A stretch of 64,000 bases of DNA, from positions 174 through 64,173 of the forward strand of contig JAEDIW010000009.1 in assembly GCA_016296655.1 (NCBI GenBank). Direction: 5' to 3'. Origin of the DNA: Treponema sp. Lineage in GTDB: Bacteria > Spirochaetota > Spirochaetia > Treponematales > Treponemataceae. The position numbers were made by a program, and so were the translations under genes. Position 1 is the stretch's first letter. Each line of letters opens with the position of its first letter. This document shows, in pieces, positions 1 to 11,465 of the stretch. The notes under the pieces were generated by a model, which saw only the letters and a program-made list of their open reading frames with translations, did not search any database and was not told the origin of the DNA.

Positions 1-495
1 TGCACAAAAGGTCGTGCTGAAGTTCACGGTAGTAATGCAAAACCTTACGCTCAGAAAGGTACTGGTCGTGCACGTCGTGGTGATAAAAAGTCACCGCTTA
101 TGGTCGGTGGCGGAACTATCTTTGGACCGAAACCAAGAGATTTCAGCTATTCAATTCCAAAGAAAGCTAAGCGTCTTGCTATGAAATCAATTTTGAGTCT
201 TCAGGCTCAGAGCGACAGACTTACTGTTGTAGAAGATTTTACAGTAGAAAGCGGAAAGACAAAGGATTTGGTAAAAATTCTTAATAATTTTGCAAAAGAT
301 GAACGTACTGTCATCATTCTTAAAGATGATGATGCAAAAATCAGGCAGGCAGGAAGAAATCTTCCAAACTTGACATTCCTTTCGTATGAACGTCTTCGTG
401 CACATGATTTGTTCTATGGACGCAAAGTTATTCTGCTTGAAACTGCAGCAAAAAATCTTTCTGATTTTTATGCAGATGAAAAGGAGGCTAAATAA
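1..495 (+). CDS. rplD: 50S ribosomal protein L4 (5' truncated by window edge)
   Basis: Frame 1 is open from base 1 (CTKGRAEVHGSNAKPYAQKGTGRARRG...GGGTIFGPKPRD); L4 signature; precedes rplW. Confidence 0.97.
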   Translation, partial: CTKGRAEVHGSNAKPYAQKGTGRARRGDKKSPLMVGGGTIFGPKPRDFSYSIPKKAKRLAMKSILSLQAQSDRLTVVEDFTVESGKTKDLVKILNNFAKDERTVIILKDDDAKIRQAGRNLPNLTFLSYERLRAHDLFYGRKVILLETAAKNLSDFYADEKEAK

Positions 496-779
496 TGTTT
501 TACGAAGACGTTATTATTGAGCCTGTTGTTTCTGAAAAAGCAAATGTGTTGCGTGAACAGGATAAATATGTTTTTATCGTTCATCCAGATGCTACAAAAA
601 TTCAGATAAAAGAAGCAGTTGCAAAACTTTTTAACGTAAAAGTTATTGGCTGTACAACAATCAATGTATTTGGCAAAATGAAGCGCCTGCGCGGACGTCC
701 AGGTCGCACAGCCAGTTACAAAAAAGCTATTGTGCGTTTGGCACATGGCGAAACAATTAAGGTGTTCGAGGGCGCATAA
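495..779 (+). CDS. rplW: 50S ribosomal protein L23
   Basis: PVVSEKA...ATKIQIKEAV...YKKAIVRL; TAATG coupling to rplD. Confidence 0.97.
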   Translation: MFYEDVIIEPVVSEKANVLREQDKYVFIVHPDATKIQIKEAVAKLFNVKVIGCTTINVFGKMKRLRGRPGRTASYKKAIVRLAHGETIKVFEGA

Positions 780-809
780 GCCCGAGACTGCGAATTAAGG
801 GGAATAGAA

Positions 810-1634
810 ATGGCTCTTAAGATTTTTAAGCCGATCACCGCAGGTACTCGAACACGTATCGACCTGCGTAGAGACGAACTGACAGCTGATAGACCCGAGA
901 AAACATTGGTGTCAGGCAAAAAGTCTCACGGTGGACGTGGTGCTGGTGGACGTATTTCTGTACGTCATCAGGGTGGCGGACACAAACAAAAATATCGCGA
1001 GATAGATTTTAAACGCGATAAGCATGGAATTCCAGGAACTGTAAAGACGATTGAATATGATCCTAATCGTAGTGCAAATATTGCATTGGTTTTCTATGCA
1101 GATGGTGATAAACGCTATATTATTGCTCCAAAGGGATTAATGGTTGGACAGAAGATTATGTCTGGTGATAATGCAGCTCCAACAGTAGGAAATGCATTGC
1201 CACTTTCTGTTATTCCAGTTGGTTTTACAGTACATAACATTGAACTGACAATCGGTCGTGGTGGTCAGCTTGCTCGTTCTGCAGGTGCTAGTGCACAGGT
1301 AGCAGCAAAAGAAGGTGATTATGTTACTATTCGACTGCCGTCAAGTGAACTTCGCCGTGTAAACGGAAAATGCTATGCAACAATTGGTGTTGTAGGTAAT
1401 GAAGACCACATGAATGTACAGCTTGGTAAAGCCGGTCACAGAAGATGGATGGGTGTTCGCCCAACTGTTCGTGGTATGGCTATGAACCCTGTAGATCATC
1501 CTCTTGGTGGTGGTGAAGGTGCAGGAAAGGGACGTAACCCTGTTACTCCATGGGGACAGCCTTGTAAAGGTTACAAAACCCGCAACAAGCGGAAGACGTC
1601 GGACAATTTTATTGTTTCACGCCGCAAGAAGTAG
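810..1634 (+). CDS. rplB: 50S ribosomal protein L2
   Basis: IEYDPNRSA and [21 protein letters not shown] motifs. Confidence 0.99.
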   Translation: MALKIFKPITAGTRTRIDLRRDELTADRPEKTLVSGKKSHGGRGAGGRISVRHQGGGHKQKYREIDFKRDKHGIPGTVKTIEYDPNRSANIALVFYADGDKRYIIAPKGLMVGQKIMSGDNAAPTVGNALPLSVIPVGFTVHNIELTIGRGGQLARSAGASAQVAAKEGDYVTIRLPSSELRRVNGKCYATIGVVGNEDHMNVQLGKAGHRRWMGVRPTVRGMAMNPVDHPLGGGEGAGKGRNPVTPWGQPCKGYKTRNKRKTSDNFIVSRRKK

Positions 1635-1651
1635 TTGCATAGGAGATAACG

Positions 1652-1933
1652 GTGTCAAGATCTGTTAAAAAAGGACCTTTTATTGAAAAGAGTCTCTATA
1701 AGAAGGTTGCAGAAATGAATAAAGAAGCAGACAGAAAGATGATAAAAACATATTCTCGCTGCTCTACTATTATCCCTGAAATGGTTGGTAATACAATTTC
1801 TGTTTATAATGGTAAAACATGGATTCCTGTATATGTAACAGAGAACCTCGTCGGTCATAAGCTTGGCGAATTCGCTCCAACACGTACATTCCATGGACAT
1901 GGCGGCACTGATAAAAAAGCCGCATCTAAATAA
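1652..1933 (+). CDS. rpsS: 30S ribosomal protein S19
   Basis: [24 protein letters not shown] start with AGGAG SD. Confidence 0.98.
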   Translation: MSRSVKKGPFIEKSLYKKVAEMNKEADRKMIKTYSRCSTIIPEMVGNTISVYNGKTWIPVYVTENLVGHKLGEFAPTRTFHGHGGTDKKAASK

Positions 1934-1945
1934 TAGGTGGATATT

Positions 1946-2302
1946 ATGACTGTAAAGAAAGGTTATGTAGCCACTACAAAATTCCTGATTGCATCTCCTA
2001 CTAAAGTCCGTCCTGTAGCTCATGTAATCAATCAGAAGTCCTGTTCGAAGGCTATGGCAATTCTTGAGAATATGCCACAGAAGGGTGCAAAATTGATTCG
2101 CGGAACTCTGAAATCTGCAATTGCAAATGCACTTAATGCTAACAACAAACTGGATGAAGATATGTTGTTTGTTAAGGAAATTCGTATTGATGAAGGTCCA
2201 AGACTTAAGAGAGTTTGGTTCCGTGCTCGTGGTAGAGCAGACCAGCTTTTGAAACGTATGTGTCATATTACAGTAGTAGTTGACGAAAAGGCGGGGGAAT
2301 AA
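1946..2302 (+). CDS. rplV: 50S ribosomal protein L22
   Basis: [29 protein letters not shown] at 1946 after AGGTGG. Confidence 0.97.
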   Translation: MTVKKGYVATTKFLIASPTKVRPVAHVINQKSCSKAMAILENMPQKGAKLIRGTLKSAIANALNANNKLDEDMLFVKEIRIDEGPRLKRVWFRARGRADQLLKRMCHITVVVDEKAGE

Positions 2303-2303
2303 A

Positions 2304-3065
2304 GTGGGTCAGAAAGTTAGTCCTATCGGTTTACGTCTTGGAATCAACAAGACTTGGCAGTCTCGTTGGTATGCATCTCCTCGTGAATATGCAGACCTCG
2401 TTTTGGAAGATATGAAAATCAGAAAACTGGTTTTGGATTGTCCAGAATGCAAAAATGCAGACATTGCTCAAATCGAAATTATTCGTCATCCTCAGCGGGT
2501 TACAATTGTTATTCATACAGCTCGCCCGGGAGTTATTATTGGTGTAAAAGGCGCTACTATTGAAAAAATTAGCGCTGATGTTCAGAAGCAGTTTACAAAG
2601 AAAGTTCAGATTAAAATAAAAGAAATCAAACGTGCTGATGTAAACGCTTCGCTTATTGCACAGAATGTTGGTCGTCAGATGATGGGTCGCGCTTCTTTCC
2701 GCAAGGCTCTGAAACAGGCTTCCAGCAATGCAATGCGTGCTGGTGCACAGGGTATAAAAATCCGTTTGTCAGGACGCCTTGGCGGTGCTGAAATGAGTCG
2801 TAGTGAAGAGCATAAGGAAGGTCGTGTTCCTCTTCATACTCTTCGTGCAGATATTGACTATGGTGTTTTTGAAGCTCTTACAACTTACGGAAAAATCGGC
2901 GTAAAAGTATGGGTTTACAATGGTATGAACTATGGTCATGAACTGAATGAAGATGCAGGCCAGCTTGTTCGCAAGCCACGTCGTGAGAGAAATTCACGTT
3001 CTGCAGATTCAAAAGGCTCTGCTGAAAAAAGCACTGAACGTGCAGAAAAGTCTTCAAGGAGTTAG
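2304..3065 (+). CDS. rpsC: 30S ribosomal protein S3
   Basis: [37 protein letters not shown] start at 2304. Confidence 0.98.
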   Translation: MGQKVSPIGLRLGINKTWQSRWYASPREYADLVLEDMKIRKLVLDCPECKNADIAQIEIIRHPQRVTIVIHTARPGVIIGVKGATIEKISADVQKQFTKKVQIKIKEIKRADVNASLIAQNVGRQMMGRASFRKALKQASSNAMRAGAQGIKIRLSGRLGGAEMSRSEEHKEGRVPLHTLRADIDYGVFEALTTYGKIGVKVWVYNGMNYGHELNEDAGQLVRKPRRERNSRSADSKGSAEKSTERAEKSSRS

Positions 3066-3067
3066 TC

Positions 3068-3487
3068 ATGCCACTTAGTCCTAAAAGAGTAATGCATCGT
3101 AAGGTGCAGCGTGGTCGGCAGCATGGTTTTGCCACACGTGATAACAATATTGATTTTGGTGACATTGCACTTGTTGCAATGGAACCTGTATGGTTGCGTG
3201 CAATTCATATTGAAGCTGCCCGTGTTGCGATTAACCGTAAGATTAATCGTGGCGGACAGGTATGGATTCGCGTTTTCCCGGATAAGCCAATTTCCAGAAA
3301 ACCAGCCGAAGTTCGTATGGGTAAGGGAAAAGGTGCTCCAGAATTTTGGGCTGCAAATATTAAACCGGGAATGATTTTGTTTGAAGTTGGCGGAATTGAT
3401 AAAAAACTTGCTGCTGAAGCTCTTCGTCTTGCTGCAAGTAAACTGCCGATTACAACAAAAATTGCTTATAGGCCAACAAAAGACTAA
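3068..3487 (+). CDS. rplP: 50S ribosomal protein L16
   Basis: WIRVFPDKP, EVRMGKGKG motifs. Confidence 0.98.
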   Translation: MPLSPKRVMHRKVQRGRQHGFATRDNNIDFGDIALVAMEPVWLRAIHIEAARVAINRKINRGGQVWIRVFPDKPISRKPAEVRMGKGKGAPEFWAANIKPGMILFEVGGIDKKLAAEALRLAASKLPITTKIAYRPTKD

Positions 3488-3498
3488 GGAGGTATAAG

Positions 3499-3711
3499 AT
3501 GGCAAAGTCAACAAAAAAAACAGACAAAGAACTGTCTTATGCTGAATTAGTAAATCAGCTTAAAGAGCAGAAAAAGAAATACATGGATTTGCGCTTTCAG
3601 ATGATCATTTCCCATGTTGATAATCCGATGCAGAAACGTACACTTCGTCGCGAAATTGCACGTTTGAATACATTCATCCGGCAGAAAGAACTTGCTGGAG
3701 AGAATAAGTAG
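3499..3711 (+). CDS. rpmC: 50S ribosomal protein L29
   Basis: LRFQ...RREIARLNT; position between rplP and rpsQ. Confidence 0.95.
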   Translation: MAKSTKKTDKELSYAELVNQLKEQKKKYMDLRFQMIISHVDNPMQKRTLRREIARLNTFIRQKELAGENK

Positions 3712-3721
3712 GAGCTGACCC

Positions 3722-3994
3722 GTGGAAGAACAGGCTGTAAAAGCTAAAGCTCACAAACGCTCATTTGTAGGACTTGTAACAAGCGATAAAATGGATAAAA
3801 CCATTGTTGTTACAGTTTCTACAAAGCGTATGGATACGCTTTACAAGAAATATGTTACCTGGACTAAAAAATATAAGGCTCATGATGAAAATAATGATGC
3901 CCATATTGGAGATACAGTCCGGATTGTTGAATGTCGCCCATTGAGCAAAGACAAATGCTGGCGTTTGGCATCAATCATTGAACGTGCAAAATAA
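3722..3994 (+). CDS. rpsQ: 30S ribosomal protein S17
   Basis: [21 protein letters not shown]. Confidence 0.98.
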   Translation: MEEQAVKAKAHKRSFVGLVTSDKMDKTIVVTVSTKRMDTLYKKYVTWTKKYKAHDENNDAHIGDTVRIVECRPLSKDKCWRLASIIERAK

Positions 3995-4006
3995 GGAGTA
4001 AAGATT

Positions 4007-4375
4007 ATGATTCAGATGCAGTCTAATATGACCGTTGCTGATAACTCCGGTGCAAAAATTGTTCAGTGTATTAAAGTTATCGGTGGTTCACACCGCCGTT
4101 ACGCCGGAATTGGTGACATCGTTGTTGTAGCTGTTAAGGAGGCTATTCCTACATCTACTATTAAAAAGGGTTCTGTTGAAAAGGCGGTAATTGTCCGCCA
4201 GGCAAAGGAATACCGTCGTCCAGATGGAACTTATATTCGTTTTGATGATAACGCTTGCGTAATCGTAGACGATAATAAGAATCCAAAAGGAAAACGTGTT
4301 TTTGGACCTGTAGCTCGTGAGCTTCGTGATATGGATTTTATGAAAATCATTTCACTTGCTCCGGAAGTTCTGTAA
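4007..4375 (+). CDS. rplN: 50S ribosomal protein L14
   Basis: [22 protein letters not shown]. Confidence 0.99.
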   Translation: MIQMQSNMTVADNSGAKIVQCIKVIGGSHRRYAGIGDIVVVAVKEAIPTSTIKKGSVEKAVIVRQAKEYRRPDGTYIRFDDNACVIVDDNKNPKGKRVFGPVARELRDMDFMKIISLAPEVL

Positions 4376-4387
4376 GGAGATGCTGTT

Positions 4388-4702
4388 ATGGTAAAAAAAT
4401 ACAAAATCCATAAGGACGATACGGTTCAGGTGCTTGCAGGAAAAGACAAGGGTGCAAAGGGTACTGTTGTACGCATCATTCCAAAAAAGGATGCTGTAAT
4501 TGTATCTGGTGTAAACATTGTTAAAAAGGCAATGAAAAAGCGCTCTCAGCAGGATCAGGGCGGTATTTCAGAAATTGAAGCACCGTTGAACATTTCTAAT
4601 GTAGCGATTGTATGTAAGAAATGCGGTCCTACAAAGATTGGTTACAAACTTGACGGCAATAAGAAAATTCGTGTTTGCCGTAAGTGTGGAGAAACACTGT
4701 AA
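4388..4702 (+). CDS. rplX: 50S ribosomal protein L24 (CxxC...CxxC form)
   Basis: KOW motif [15 protein letters not shown]. Confidence 0.97.
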   Translation: MVKKYKIHKDDTVQVLAGKDKGAKGTVVRIIPKKDAVIVSGVNIVKKAMKKRSQQDQGGISEIEAPLNISNVAIVCKKCGPTKIGYKLDGNKKIRVCRKCGETL

Positions 4703-5253
4703 TGGAAAATTACGTACCTCGGCTTAAGAAAGTCTATAAGGACACTATCGCTCCAGCGCTCTTTAAAGAACTGGGTTACACATCAGTCATGCAGATTCCA
4801 GCAATTAAAAAAATTGTTGTAAGCATGGGCGTTGGCGAAGCTCTCACAAATAAGAAACTTCTTGATGCTGCAGTTGAAGACCTTACACAGATAACTGGTC
4901 AGAAAGCGGTAAAAACAAAAGCTAGAAAAAGCATAGCTAACTTCAAGCTTCGTGAGGGCAATGAGGTAGGCGTTATGGTAACGCTTCGTGGAAATATCAT
5001 GTATGAATTCCTCGATCGTCTTATCAATGTCGCCCTGCCACGTGTTAAGGATTTCCGTGGAATTAAAGCTTCTGGCTTTGATGGTCATGGAAATTTCTCT
5101 CTTGGTATTACAGAGCAGATTATCTTCCCAGAAATTGACTTTGATAAAATTACAAGAATTTCTGGTTTGAACGTTGCTATTGTAACTAGTGCAAAAACTG
5201 ACGCTGAAGCTCGTACTTTGCTTGCCAAGTTCAACATGCCATTCCGTAAATAA
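4702..5253 (+). CDS. rplE: 50S ribosomal protein L5
   Basis: [23 protein letters not shown] overlaps rplX stop (TAATG). Confidence 0.98.
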   Translation: MENYVPRLKKVYKDTIAPALFKELGYTSVMQIPAIKKIVVSMGVGEALTNKKLLDAAVEDLTQITGQKAVKTKARKSIANFKLREGNEVGVMVTLRGNIMYEFLDRLINVALPRVKDFRGIKASGFDGHGNFSLGITEQIIFPEIDFDKITRISGLNVAIVTSAKTDAEARTLLAKFNMPFRK

Positions 5254-5264
5254 GTGAGGAGTAC

Positions 5265-5450
5265 ATGGCTAAGAAATCAATGATTATTAAGGCTCAGCGC
5301 ACACCAAAATATAGCACACGGAAATATAACCGTTGCCAGATTTGTGGTCGCGCTCGCGGATATCTGCGGAAGTTCAAAATGTGTCGTATTTGTTTCCGCA
5401 AGAATGCAAGTTTAGGCTTATTGCCTGGCATCACAAAATCCAGCTGGTAG
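5265..5450 (+). CDS. rpsN: 30S ribosomal protein S14, Zn-binding type Z
   Basis: 61 aa, RCQICGR...MCRICFR. Confidence 0.98.
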   Translation: MAKKSMIIKAQRTPKYSTRKYNRCQICGRARGYLRKFKMCRICFRKNASLGLLPGITKSSW

Positions 5451-5467
5451 CGTGGTAGGAGAAAGAT

Positions 5468-5866
5468 ATGAGTGCATCAGATCCAGTAGCAGATATGCTG
5501 ACAAAGATCCGTAATGCGGCACAGGCCCGCCACGAGAAAGTAGATATTCCTACATCCAAGTTAAAACTGGAAATCGTGAAAATCCTGAAAATTGAAGGTT
5601 TTATTAAAAACTTCAAAAAAGTTCAGGAAGATGGGCATAGCGTAATCCGCATTTTACTTAAATATGATGATCAGAATGAATCTGTGATCCATGGTCTTGA
5701 AAAGATTTCAACACCAGGACGCCGTGTATATTCTGGTTATAAAGATATGCCTCGTGTTATGAACGGTTATGGCATAGTTATTGTTTCAACTTCTTCAGGT
5801 GTAATTACAGTTCGTAAAGCTAAAGAGAAGATGGTGGGCGGTGAGCTCGTTTGTAAGGTTTGGTAA
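5468..5866 (+). CDS. rpsH: 30S ribosomal protein S8
   Basis: [30 protein letters not shown]. Confidence 0.98.
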   Translation: MSASDPVADMLTKIRNAAQARHEKVDIPTSKLKLEIVKILKIEGFIKNFKKVQEDGHSVIRILLKYDDQNESVIHGLEKISTPGRRVYSGYKDMPRVMNGYGIVIVSTSSGVITVRKAKEKMVGGELVCKVW

Positions 5867-5878
5867 TAGGAGTAGAAC

Positions 5879-6418
5879 ATGTCAAAGCTTGGTAAACTTC
5901 CTGTAGCTATTCCTGCAGGCGTAACAGTAACTGTTGCACCTGGTTTAGTAACTGTAAAAGGTCCTAAAGGTGAGTTGAAACAGGATTATACAAACAATGT
6001 AAAGATTGAAGTAAAGGAAAATGAAGCTGTTGTAACTCCTGTAGATGGTTCAAAGGCAGCTAACGCAGCTCATGGACTTTATCGCAATCTTCTTAAAAAC
6101 ATGGTTGTAGGTGTTACAACTGGTTTTTCTAAGACACTTGTTATAACCGGTGTAGGTTATCGTGCAGAAGTAAAGGGTAAGGAACTTGTAATGAATCTTG
6201 GTTATTCAAATGAATTCATTGCTTTGATTCCTGAAGGACTTACTGTAACGGCAGATGGCCAGGGAAAAATTACTGTCGCTGGCATCGACAAGCAGCAGGT
6301 TGGAGAATTTAGTGCACAGATTCGTAAACTTCGTAAACCTGAACCATACAAGGGAAAAGGTATCCGTTACGAAACTGAGGTTATCAGACGTAAAGTCGGT
6401 AAGACTGGTGTTAAATAA
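5879..6418 (+). CDS. rplF: 50S ribosomal protein L6
   Basis: [25 protein letters not shown]. Confidence 0.99.
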   Translation: MSKLGKLPVAIPAGVTVTVAPGLVTVKGPKGELKQDYTNNVKIEVKENEAVVTPVDGSKAANAAHGLYRNLLKNMVVGVTTGFSKTLVITGVGYRAEVKGKELVMNLGYSNEFIALIPEGLTVTADGQGKITVAGIDKQQVGEFSAQIRKLRKPEPYKGKGIRYETEVIRRKVGKTGVK

Positions 6419-6430
6419 GGGTAGAGTATT

Positions 6431-6793
6431 ATGTTTAAGAAACTTGACGACAAAAGAAGAAAACGCCTGCACAGAAAGATTCACATCCGTAAGACAGTTT
6501 ACGGAACTGCTGCTCGTCCCCGCATGACGGTTACACGCAGTAACTGTAATCTCTATGTTCAGGTAATTGATGATGACGAGGGTAAGACTCTTGCTTCAAT
6601 TTCAACACTTGAAAAAGATTTTGCTGCATTAAAGTCTAATATTGATGGTGCAGCAAAGCTTGGTGAAGCTTTTGGGGCACGCCTTAAAGAAAAGAAAATT
6701 ACAACTGTAGTTTTTGACCGCAACGGTTATCTTTATCACGGTGTTATTAAAGCCCTTGCAGATGGAACCCGCAAAGCTGGGATTATATTCTAG
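6431..6793 (+). CDS. rplR: 50S ribosomal protein L18
   Basis: [18 protein letters not shown]. Confidence 0.98.
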   Translation: MFKKLDDKRRKRLHRKIHIRKTVYGTAARPRMTVTRSNCNLYVQVIDDDEGKTLASISTLEKDFAALKSNIDGAAKLGEAFGARLKEKKITTVVFDRNGYLYHGVIKALADGTRKAGIIF

Positions 6794-6801
6794 GAGAGGC
6801 T

Positions 6802-7317
6802 ATGGAACATCGGAAAAACTTTGATAAAGATCCAAAGGAAAAAGAGTTCGTAGAAAAACTTGTAACCCTTAACAGAACTGCAAAGACTGTAAAAGGCGGT
6901 CGCCGTATGTCTTTTGCTGCGCTGACTATAGTTGGAGATCAGAAAGGTCGTGTCGGTTACGGACTTGGTAAAGCCAATGATGTAAGCGAAGCCATTAAAA
7001 AGAGCATTGACCGTGCAAAGAGAAATATGATTGTTCTTCCTCTGAAGAATGGAACTATTCCTCATGATATAATCGGTAAATACAAGAGCTCTTCAGTTTT
7101 GCTTAAGCCAGCTTGTTCTGGTACTGGTATTATTGCCGGTGGCGTTGTTCGTGCAATTATGGATGCTGCAGGCGCAACTGACTTGCTTTCTAAGTGTGTT
7201 GGTTCATCTGCTTCTGTAAACGTTGTTCGTGCTACATTTGATGCTATCTCTAAGATGCTGGATGCACGTGCTGTTGCACAGAATAGAGGCAAAACTCTTG
7301 ATGAGTTGTGGGGTTAA
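6802..7317 (+). CDS. rpsE: 30S ribosomal protein S5
   Basis: KTVKGGRR, GTGIIAGG. Confidence 0.98.
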   Translation: MEHRKNFDKDPKEKEFVEKLVTLNRTAKTVKGGRRMSFAALTIVGDQKGRVGYGLGKANDVSEAIKKSIDRAKRNMIVLPLKNGTIPHDIIGKYKSSSVLLKPACSGTGIIAGGVVRAIMDAAGATDLLSKCVGSSASVNVVRATFDAISKMLDARAVAQNRGKTLDELWG

Positions 7318-7320
7318 TCT

Positions 7321-7506
7321 ATGGCAAATAAACTTAAGATTACTCTGGTAAAAAGTATAATCGGACAGAAACCTGCTAAAAAAGCTACGGTACGCAGTCT
7401 TGGTTTGAAAAAAATCAGCTCAAGCGTTGTTCATGAAGATACTGCATCAATTCGTGGAATGATTGCAAGTGTTGCTCACATCGTAAAAGTTGAAGAGGTG
7501 AAATAA
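7321..7506 (+). CDS. rpmD: 50S ribosomal protein L30
   Basis: ITLVKSIIG...LGLKKI...IRGMI; position. Confidence 0.96.
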   Translation: MANKLKITLVKSIIGQKPAKKATVRSLGLKKISSSVVHEDTASIRGMIASVAHIVKVEEVK

Positions 7507-7985
7507 TGGCAGATTACAATCCTATTTTAAGTGCCCCTGCTGGTGCTAACAAAAAAGATAGAAGAGTCGGCCGTGGATCATCTTCTGGCCGTGGTACAAC
7601 AGCTGGACGCGGTAATAAAGGTCAGCAGTCTCGTTCCGGTGGAAAAACATACATCGGTTTTGAAGGCGGACAGATGCCTTTGTATCGTCGCATCGCTCAC
7701 AGAGGTTTCTCGAATTATCCATTCAAGAAGGAATACGCAGTATTCAATTTAACAGAAATTGAAGAAAAATATTCTGATGGTGAAACTGTTAGCAAAGAAA
7801 CTTTGACAGCAAAGGGTCTGTTGAAGAAATCTGTTTCATTGGTAAAGGTTCTTGGTAATGGAGAAATTACAAAGAAAGTTACTATCGATGTTGACAAGAT
7901 TTCAGCTTCTGCAAAGGAAAAAGTTGAAAAAGCTGGTGGCTCAGTAGTTTCAAAAGATTCAGAAAAGACTGAAGAACAGAAATAG
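7506..7985 (+). CDS. rplO: 50S ribosomal protein L15
   Basis: [22 protein letters not shown]. Confidence 0.98.
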   Translation: MADYNPILSAPAGANKKDRRVGRGSSSGRGTTAGRGNKGQQSRSGGKTYIGFEGGQMPLYRRIAHRGFSNYPFKKEYAVFNLTEIEEKYSDGETVSKETLTAKGLLKKSVSLVKVLGNGEITKKVTIDVDKISASAKEKVEKAGGSVVSKDSEKTEEQK

Positions 7986-8000
7986 GTAATGGAGTAACAG

Positions 8001-9332
8001 ATGGCAAGCAATCCTATTGTAAACATTTTTAAGATAAAAGAATTGCGGAATCGTATATTCTTTACCTTCATTATACTTGCTGTTTTCCGTCTGGGTGGTG
8101 TTTTGACAATACCTGGCATTGATGCCAGTGTATTGTTGCAGTACTTTGATAATCTGGCAAGCCAGAATAAAAATCAGTTTGCCAGTTATATGGATTTTTT
8201 TGTTGGTGGGGCATTTTCGCATTTTTCAATTTTCATGCTTGGTGTAATGCCTTACATTTCAACACAGATTATCCTTCAGCTTGCCCTTATTATTTTCCCT
8301 TCTCTTAAGAGAATTGCGCAAGATGATGGAGGGCAGCGCAAAGTTGCTGCATGGACACGCATCGGTACTGTTGGTGTATGTCTGATTCAGTCTTTCGCTG
8401 TAACAGTTTATGCAGACAGTATCCCTGGAGCATGGACTGGAAGCATACAGATGAAGCTGCTTGCCATGCTGACGGTAACTACTGGAACAATGATAACAAT
8501 CTGGCTTGGTGATCAGATTACAGCTCATGGAATTGGTAACGGTATCTCAATGTTGCTTTTTGCAGGTATTGTAGCACGTCTTCCATCTGCTGTTTTGGAT
8601 TTAGCAGACAAAGTAAGCAATAATGAAATAAATGTTGTTTTTGTTATTGTTGTTCTGATTATGTTTGTTGGAATTATTGGCCTCGTTATTTTTGAAGAAC
8701 GTGGTGAACGTAAAATTTCTGTCAACTATGCAAAACGTGTAGTTGGTAGAAAAATGTACGGTGGTAATTCAAATCAGTATATTCCTTTCAAGATTAATCC
8801 TTCGAATGTTATTCCTGTAATTTTTGCATCTTCGTTTTTAACATTCCCATTGCAGATTATATCTTCTATTGGAAGTAATCAAAATTCTGCCCGCTGGGTT
8901 GGAAAGCTTTCAGCTTTCTTGAATCCTGCAGGGTGGTGGTATAATATTCTGATGGTAATTCTCATTGTATTTTTTGCATACTTCTACACTCAGGTAACAC
9001 TGAACCCCATTGAGATTGCAAAAAATATTAGGGAAAACGGTGGTTCTATTCCGACTGTTCGTGCTGATAAAACCGGGGAATATTTACAAAGAGTTCTAAA
9101 CCGATTAGTATTGCCAGGTTCATTATTCCTTGCAGCAATTGCTGTACTGCCGACTGTCATCCAGAATTTGTTCGGATTTCCTCAGTCAATTTCGATGTTG
9201 ATGGGGGGAACATCCTTGATAATTATGGTTGGCGTTGATTTGGATACGATGAGCCAGGTAGAAGCCATTCTTAGAATGCATCGTCAAGATGGATTAACTA
9301 AGAAAGGTAAAATTCGATCACGAAATTTATAG
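8001..9332 (+). CDS. secY: Preprotein translocase subunit SecY
   Basis: LGVMPYIS, GIGNGISM, GGTSLIIMVGV; about 10 TM segments. Confidence 0.99.
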   Translation: MASNPIVNIFKIKELRNRIFFTFIILAVFRLGGVLTIPGIDASVLLQYFDNLASQNKNQFASYMDFFVGGAFSHFSIFMLGVMPYISTQIILQLALIIFPSLKRIAQDDGGQRKVAAWTRIGTVGVCLIQSFAVTVYADSIPGAWTGSIQMKLLAMLTVTTGTMITIWLGDQITAHGIGNGISMLLFAGIVARLPSAVLDLADKVSNNEINVVFVIVVLIMFVGIIGLVIFEERGERKISVNYAKRVVGRKMYGGNSNQYIPFKINPSNVIPVIFASSFLTFPLQIISSIGSNQNSARWVGKLSAFLNPAGWWYNILMVILIVFFAYFYTQVTLNPIEIAKNIRENGGSIPTVRADKTGEYLQRVLNRLVLPGSLFLAAIAVLPTVIQNLFGFPQSISMLMGGTSLIIMVGVDLDTMSQVEAILRMHRQDGLTKKGKIRSRNL

Positions 9333-9373
9333 GTTTTGTGAAGTTACTTGTAGAATAAGATTTGGAATGTGTG

Positions 9374-9448
9374 TATAATGTTTGCTACTTGATTGTAACT
9401 CATTGCGAGTTGCCATGATCAAGTAGACACATTCTAGGGGGACTTTTT
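9374..9448 (+). promoter_or_regulatory. Probable alpha-operon promoter (-10 TATAAT 9374-9379) followed by a structured 5' leader hairpin (9385-9426)
   Basis: Perfect TATAAT; CTACTTGAT/ATCAAGTAG outer stem and GTAACTC/GAGTTGC inner stem; no clear -35. Confidence 0.55.
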
Positions 9449-9562
9449 ATGAAAGTACGAACCAGTGTAAAGCCTATTTGTGATAAATGTAAGGTTATCA
9501 AACGTAACGGAATTATCCGCATCATTTGTTCTAACCCGAAACACAAACAGAGACAGGGCTGA
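9449..9562 (+). CDS. rpmJ: 50S ribosomal protein L36 (not in ORF track, 37 aa)
   Basis: Hand translation [44 protein letters not shown]. Confidence 0.98.
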   Translation: MKVRTSVKPICDKCKVIKRNGIIRIICSNPKHKQRQG

Positions 9563-9574
9563 GAGGAGTAACAG

Positions 9575-9946
9575 ATGGCTCGAATTGCGGGAGTCGATCT
9601 CCCAAATAAACATGTAGAGGTCGCTTTGACCTACATTTATGGCATTGGTCGCTCAGCTTCCAAAGCTATATGTGAAAAAACAAAGATTGATCCAAATGCA
9701 ATGATGAATGATCTTTCAATGGATGATCTTACCAAGATTCGTGAGGTTCTTGATAAAGAATACAAAGTTGAAGGACATCTTCGCACTGAAATTGGTCTTA
9801 ATATCAAGCGTTTGATGGATATTGGCTGCTATCGTGGCCTTCGCCACCGTAAAGGACTTCCAGTACGCGGTCAAAGAACTCGTACTAATTCTCGTACTCG
9901 TAAGGGTAAGAAGAAGACTGTTGCTAACAAGAAGAAGGCAGTCTAA
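9575..9946 (+). CDS. rpsM: 30S ribosomal protein S13
   Basis: [22 protein letters not shown]. Confidence 0.99.
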   Translation: MARIAGVDLPNKHVEVALTYIYGIGRSASKAICEKTKIDPNAMMNDLSMDDLTKIREVLDKEYKVEGHLRTEIGLNIKRLMDIGCYRGLRHRKGLPVRGQRTRTNSRTRKGKKKTVANKKKAV

Positions 9947-9962
9947 GGCGGAGGATAAGTAA

Positions 9963-10343
9963 TTGGCTACTGTAAAGAAAAGAAAAGAAAAAAAGAGCGT
10001 CTTTGAAGGTAATGTTTACATTCAGGCCTCATTCAACAACACGATTGTCACAATCACAGATTTGAGAGGAAATACTCTTTCTTGGGCATCTTCCGGCGGT
10101 CTGGGTTTCCGCGGAGCTAAGAAATCTACTCCGTTTGCAGCACAGTCTGTTGCAGAAACTGCCGTTCAGAAAGCGGCTAGTTATGGATTACGCGAAGTTC
10201 ATGTATTTGTTAAGGGACCAGGAATGGGCCGCGAAAATGCAGTCCGCTCATTGGGAGCTCTTGGGTTGAAGGTAAAATCAATTTCTGATGTTACTCCAAT
10301 CCCACATAATGGCTGCCGCCCACGCAAAACACGCCGTATGTAG
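9963..10343 (+). CDS. rpsK: 30S ribosomal protein S11
   Basis: [31 protein letters not shown] start. Confidence 0.99.
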   Translation: MATVKKRKEKKSVFEGNVYIQASFNNTIVTITDLRGNTLSWASSGGLGFRGAKKSTPFAAQSVAETAVQKAASYGLREVHVFVKGPGMGRENAVRSLGALGLKVKSISDVTPIPHNGCRPRKTRRM

Positions 10344-10409
10344 TTTGAGGAAATCAAGAGTTTGTAAAAAACTCTTGGTTGGAGTATTTATTAAATTAAA
10401 GGAGTCCAG

Positions 10410-11465
10410 ATGGCTCGCAAAAATCTGCTTAAAGGTTTTAAAAAACCGAAAGGCATAACATTTGAGCATCTTGAAACGAATCCTAATTATGGAAAGTTTA
10501 TTGCTTATCCTTTTGAAACTGGATTCGGTACAACGGTTGGTAACACCCTTAGACGCGTACTGCTTTCTTCTATTCAGGGATATGCAATAACATCTGTTCG
10601 GATTACTTCTTATGATGCCGATGGTGTTCCTCATGTTATTTCAAGTGAGTTTGAAGCTATTCCAAATGTAGAAGAAGATACGCTTGAAATCTTAAACAGC
10701 CTGAAACAGGTTCGTTTAAGACTGCCAGAAGACATCGAACAGGACACACTTCTTTATGAATTTACAGGTCCAGGTACTGTTAAGAGCGATGATTTCGCTA
10801 AAGAAGGTAGCTTGGAAGTTATGTCTAAAGATCAGACGATTTTTAAAATGATGGATGGTTGCCGTCTTGATTTTGAAATTCAGGTTGATCTTGGACGTGG
10901 ATATGTACCTGCAGAAGTTAATGAACATTATATTGAAATTGTTGGTACTATTCCGATGGATGCTATTTTTACACCTGTACCAAAGGTAAAATATTCCATA
11001 GAGCCGTGTCGTGTTGGTCAGAGAAATGATTACGATAAGCTTGTTCTTGAAATCTGGACAGATGGCACAATAAAACCTGAAGATGCACTTGCAGAAGCTG
11101 CAAAAATTGCTAAAGATCATTTTGCAATTTTTGTAAACTTTAATGACAGTGAATATTCTGGTGGAGATGAACTTGAAGAAGGTGATGCTCATATCATTCA
11201 GTTGCTTAATACTCCTGTAGAGGAGCTTGAGCTTTCTGTACGTTCTTCAAATTGTCTGAAAAATGCCAATATTCGTACAATCGGTGAATTAACAAAGAAG
11301 ACAGAAGATGATATTGCGAAGACCCGCAACTTTGGTAAAAAAAGCCTTACCGAAATTAAGGAAAAACTTCATGAGTGGAACCTTACTCTCGGCATGACCG
11401 ATTACAGTCATCTTAAAAATGCTGTCAATCTAACAAAGCAGAAGGAAGAATCAGATGAATCATAG
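10410..11465 (+). CDS. rpoA: RNA polymerase alpha subunit
   Basis: [31 protein letters not shown]. Confidence 0.99.
   Translation: MARKNLLKGFKKPKGITFEHLETNPNYGKFIAYPFETGFGTTVGNTLRRVLLSSIQGYAITSVRITSYDADGVPHVISSEFEAIPNVEEDTLEILNSLKQVRLRLPEDIEQDTLLYEFTGPGTVKSDDFAKEGSLEVMSKDQTIFKMMDGCRLDFEIQVDLGRGYVPAEVNEHYIEIVGTIPMDAIFTPVPKVKYSIEPCRVGQRNDYDKLVLEIWTDGTIKPEDALAEAAKIAKDHFAIFVNFNDSEYSGGDELEEGDAHIIQLLNTPVEELELSVRSSNCLKNANIRTIGELTKKTEDDIAKTRNFGKKSLTEIKEKLHEWNLTLGMTDYSHLKNAVNLTKQKEESDES

Noticed and set aside
1655..2266. 203-aa antisense ORF, and similar shadows such as 51121-51819 and 17618-18211
   Set aside because: Antisense to well-supported genes with no recognisable motifs
9333..10409. Absence of adk, map, infA and rpsD from the spc/alpha cluster
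   Set aside because: As far as I recall this is the normal Treponema arrangement, so not novel
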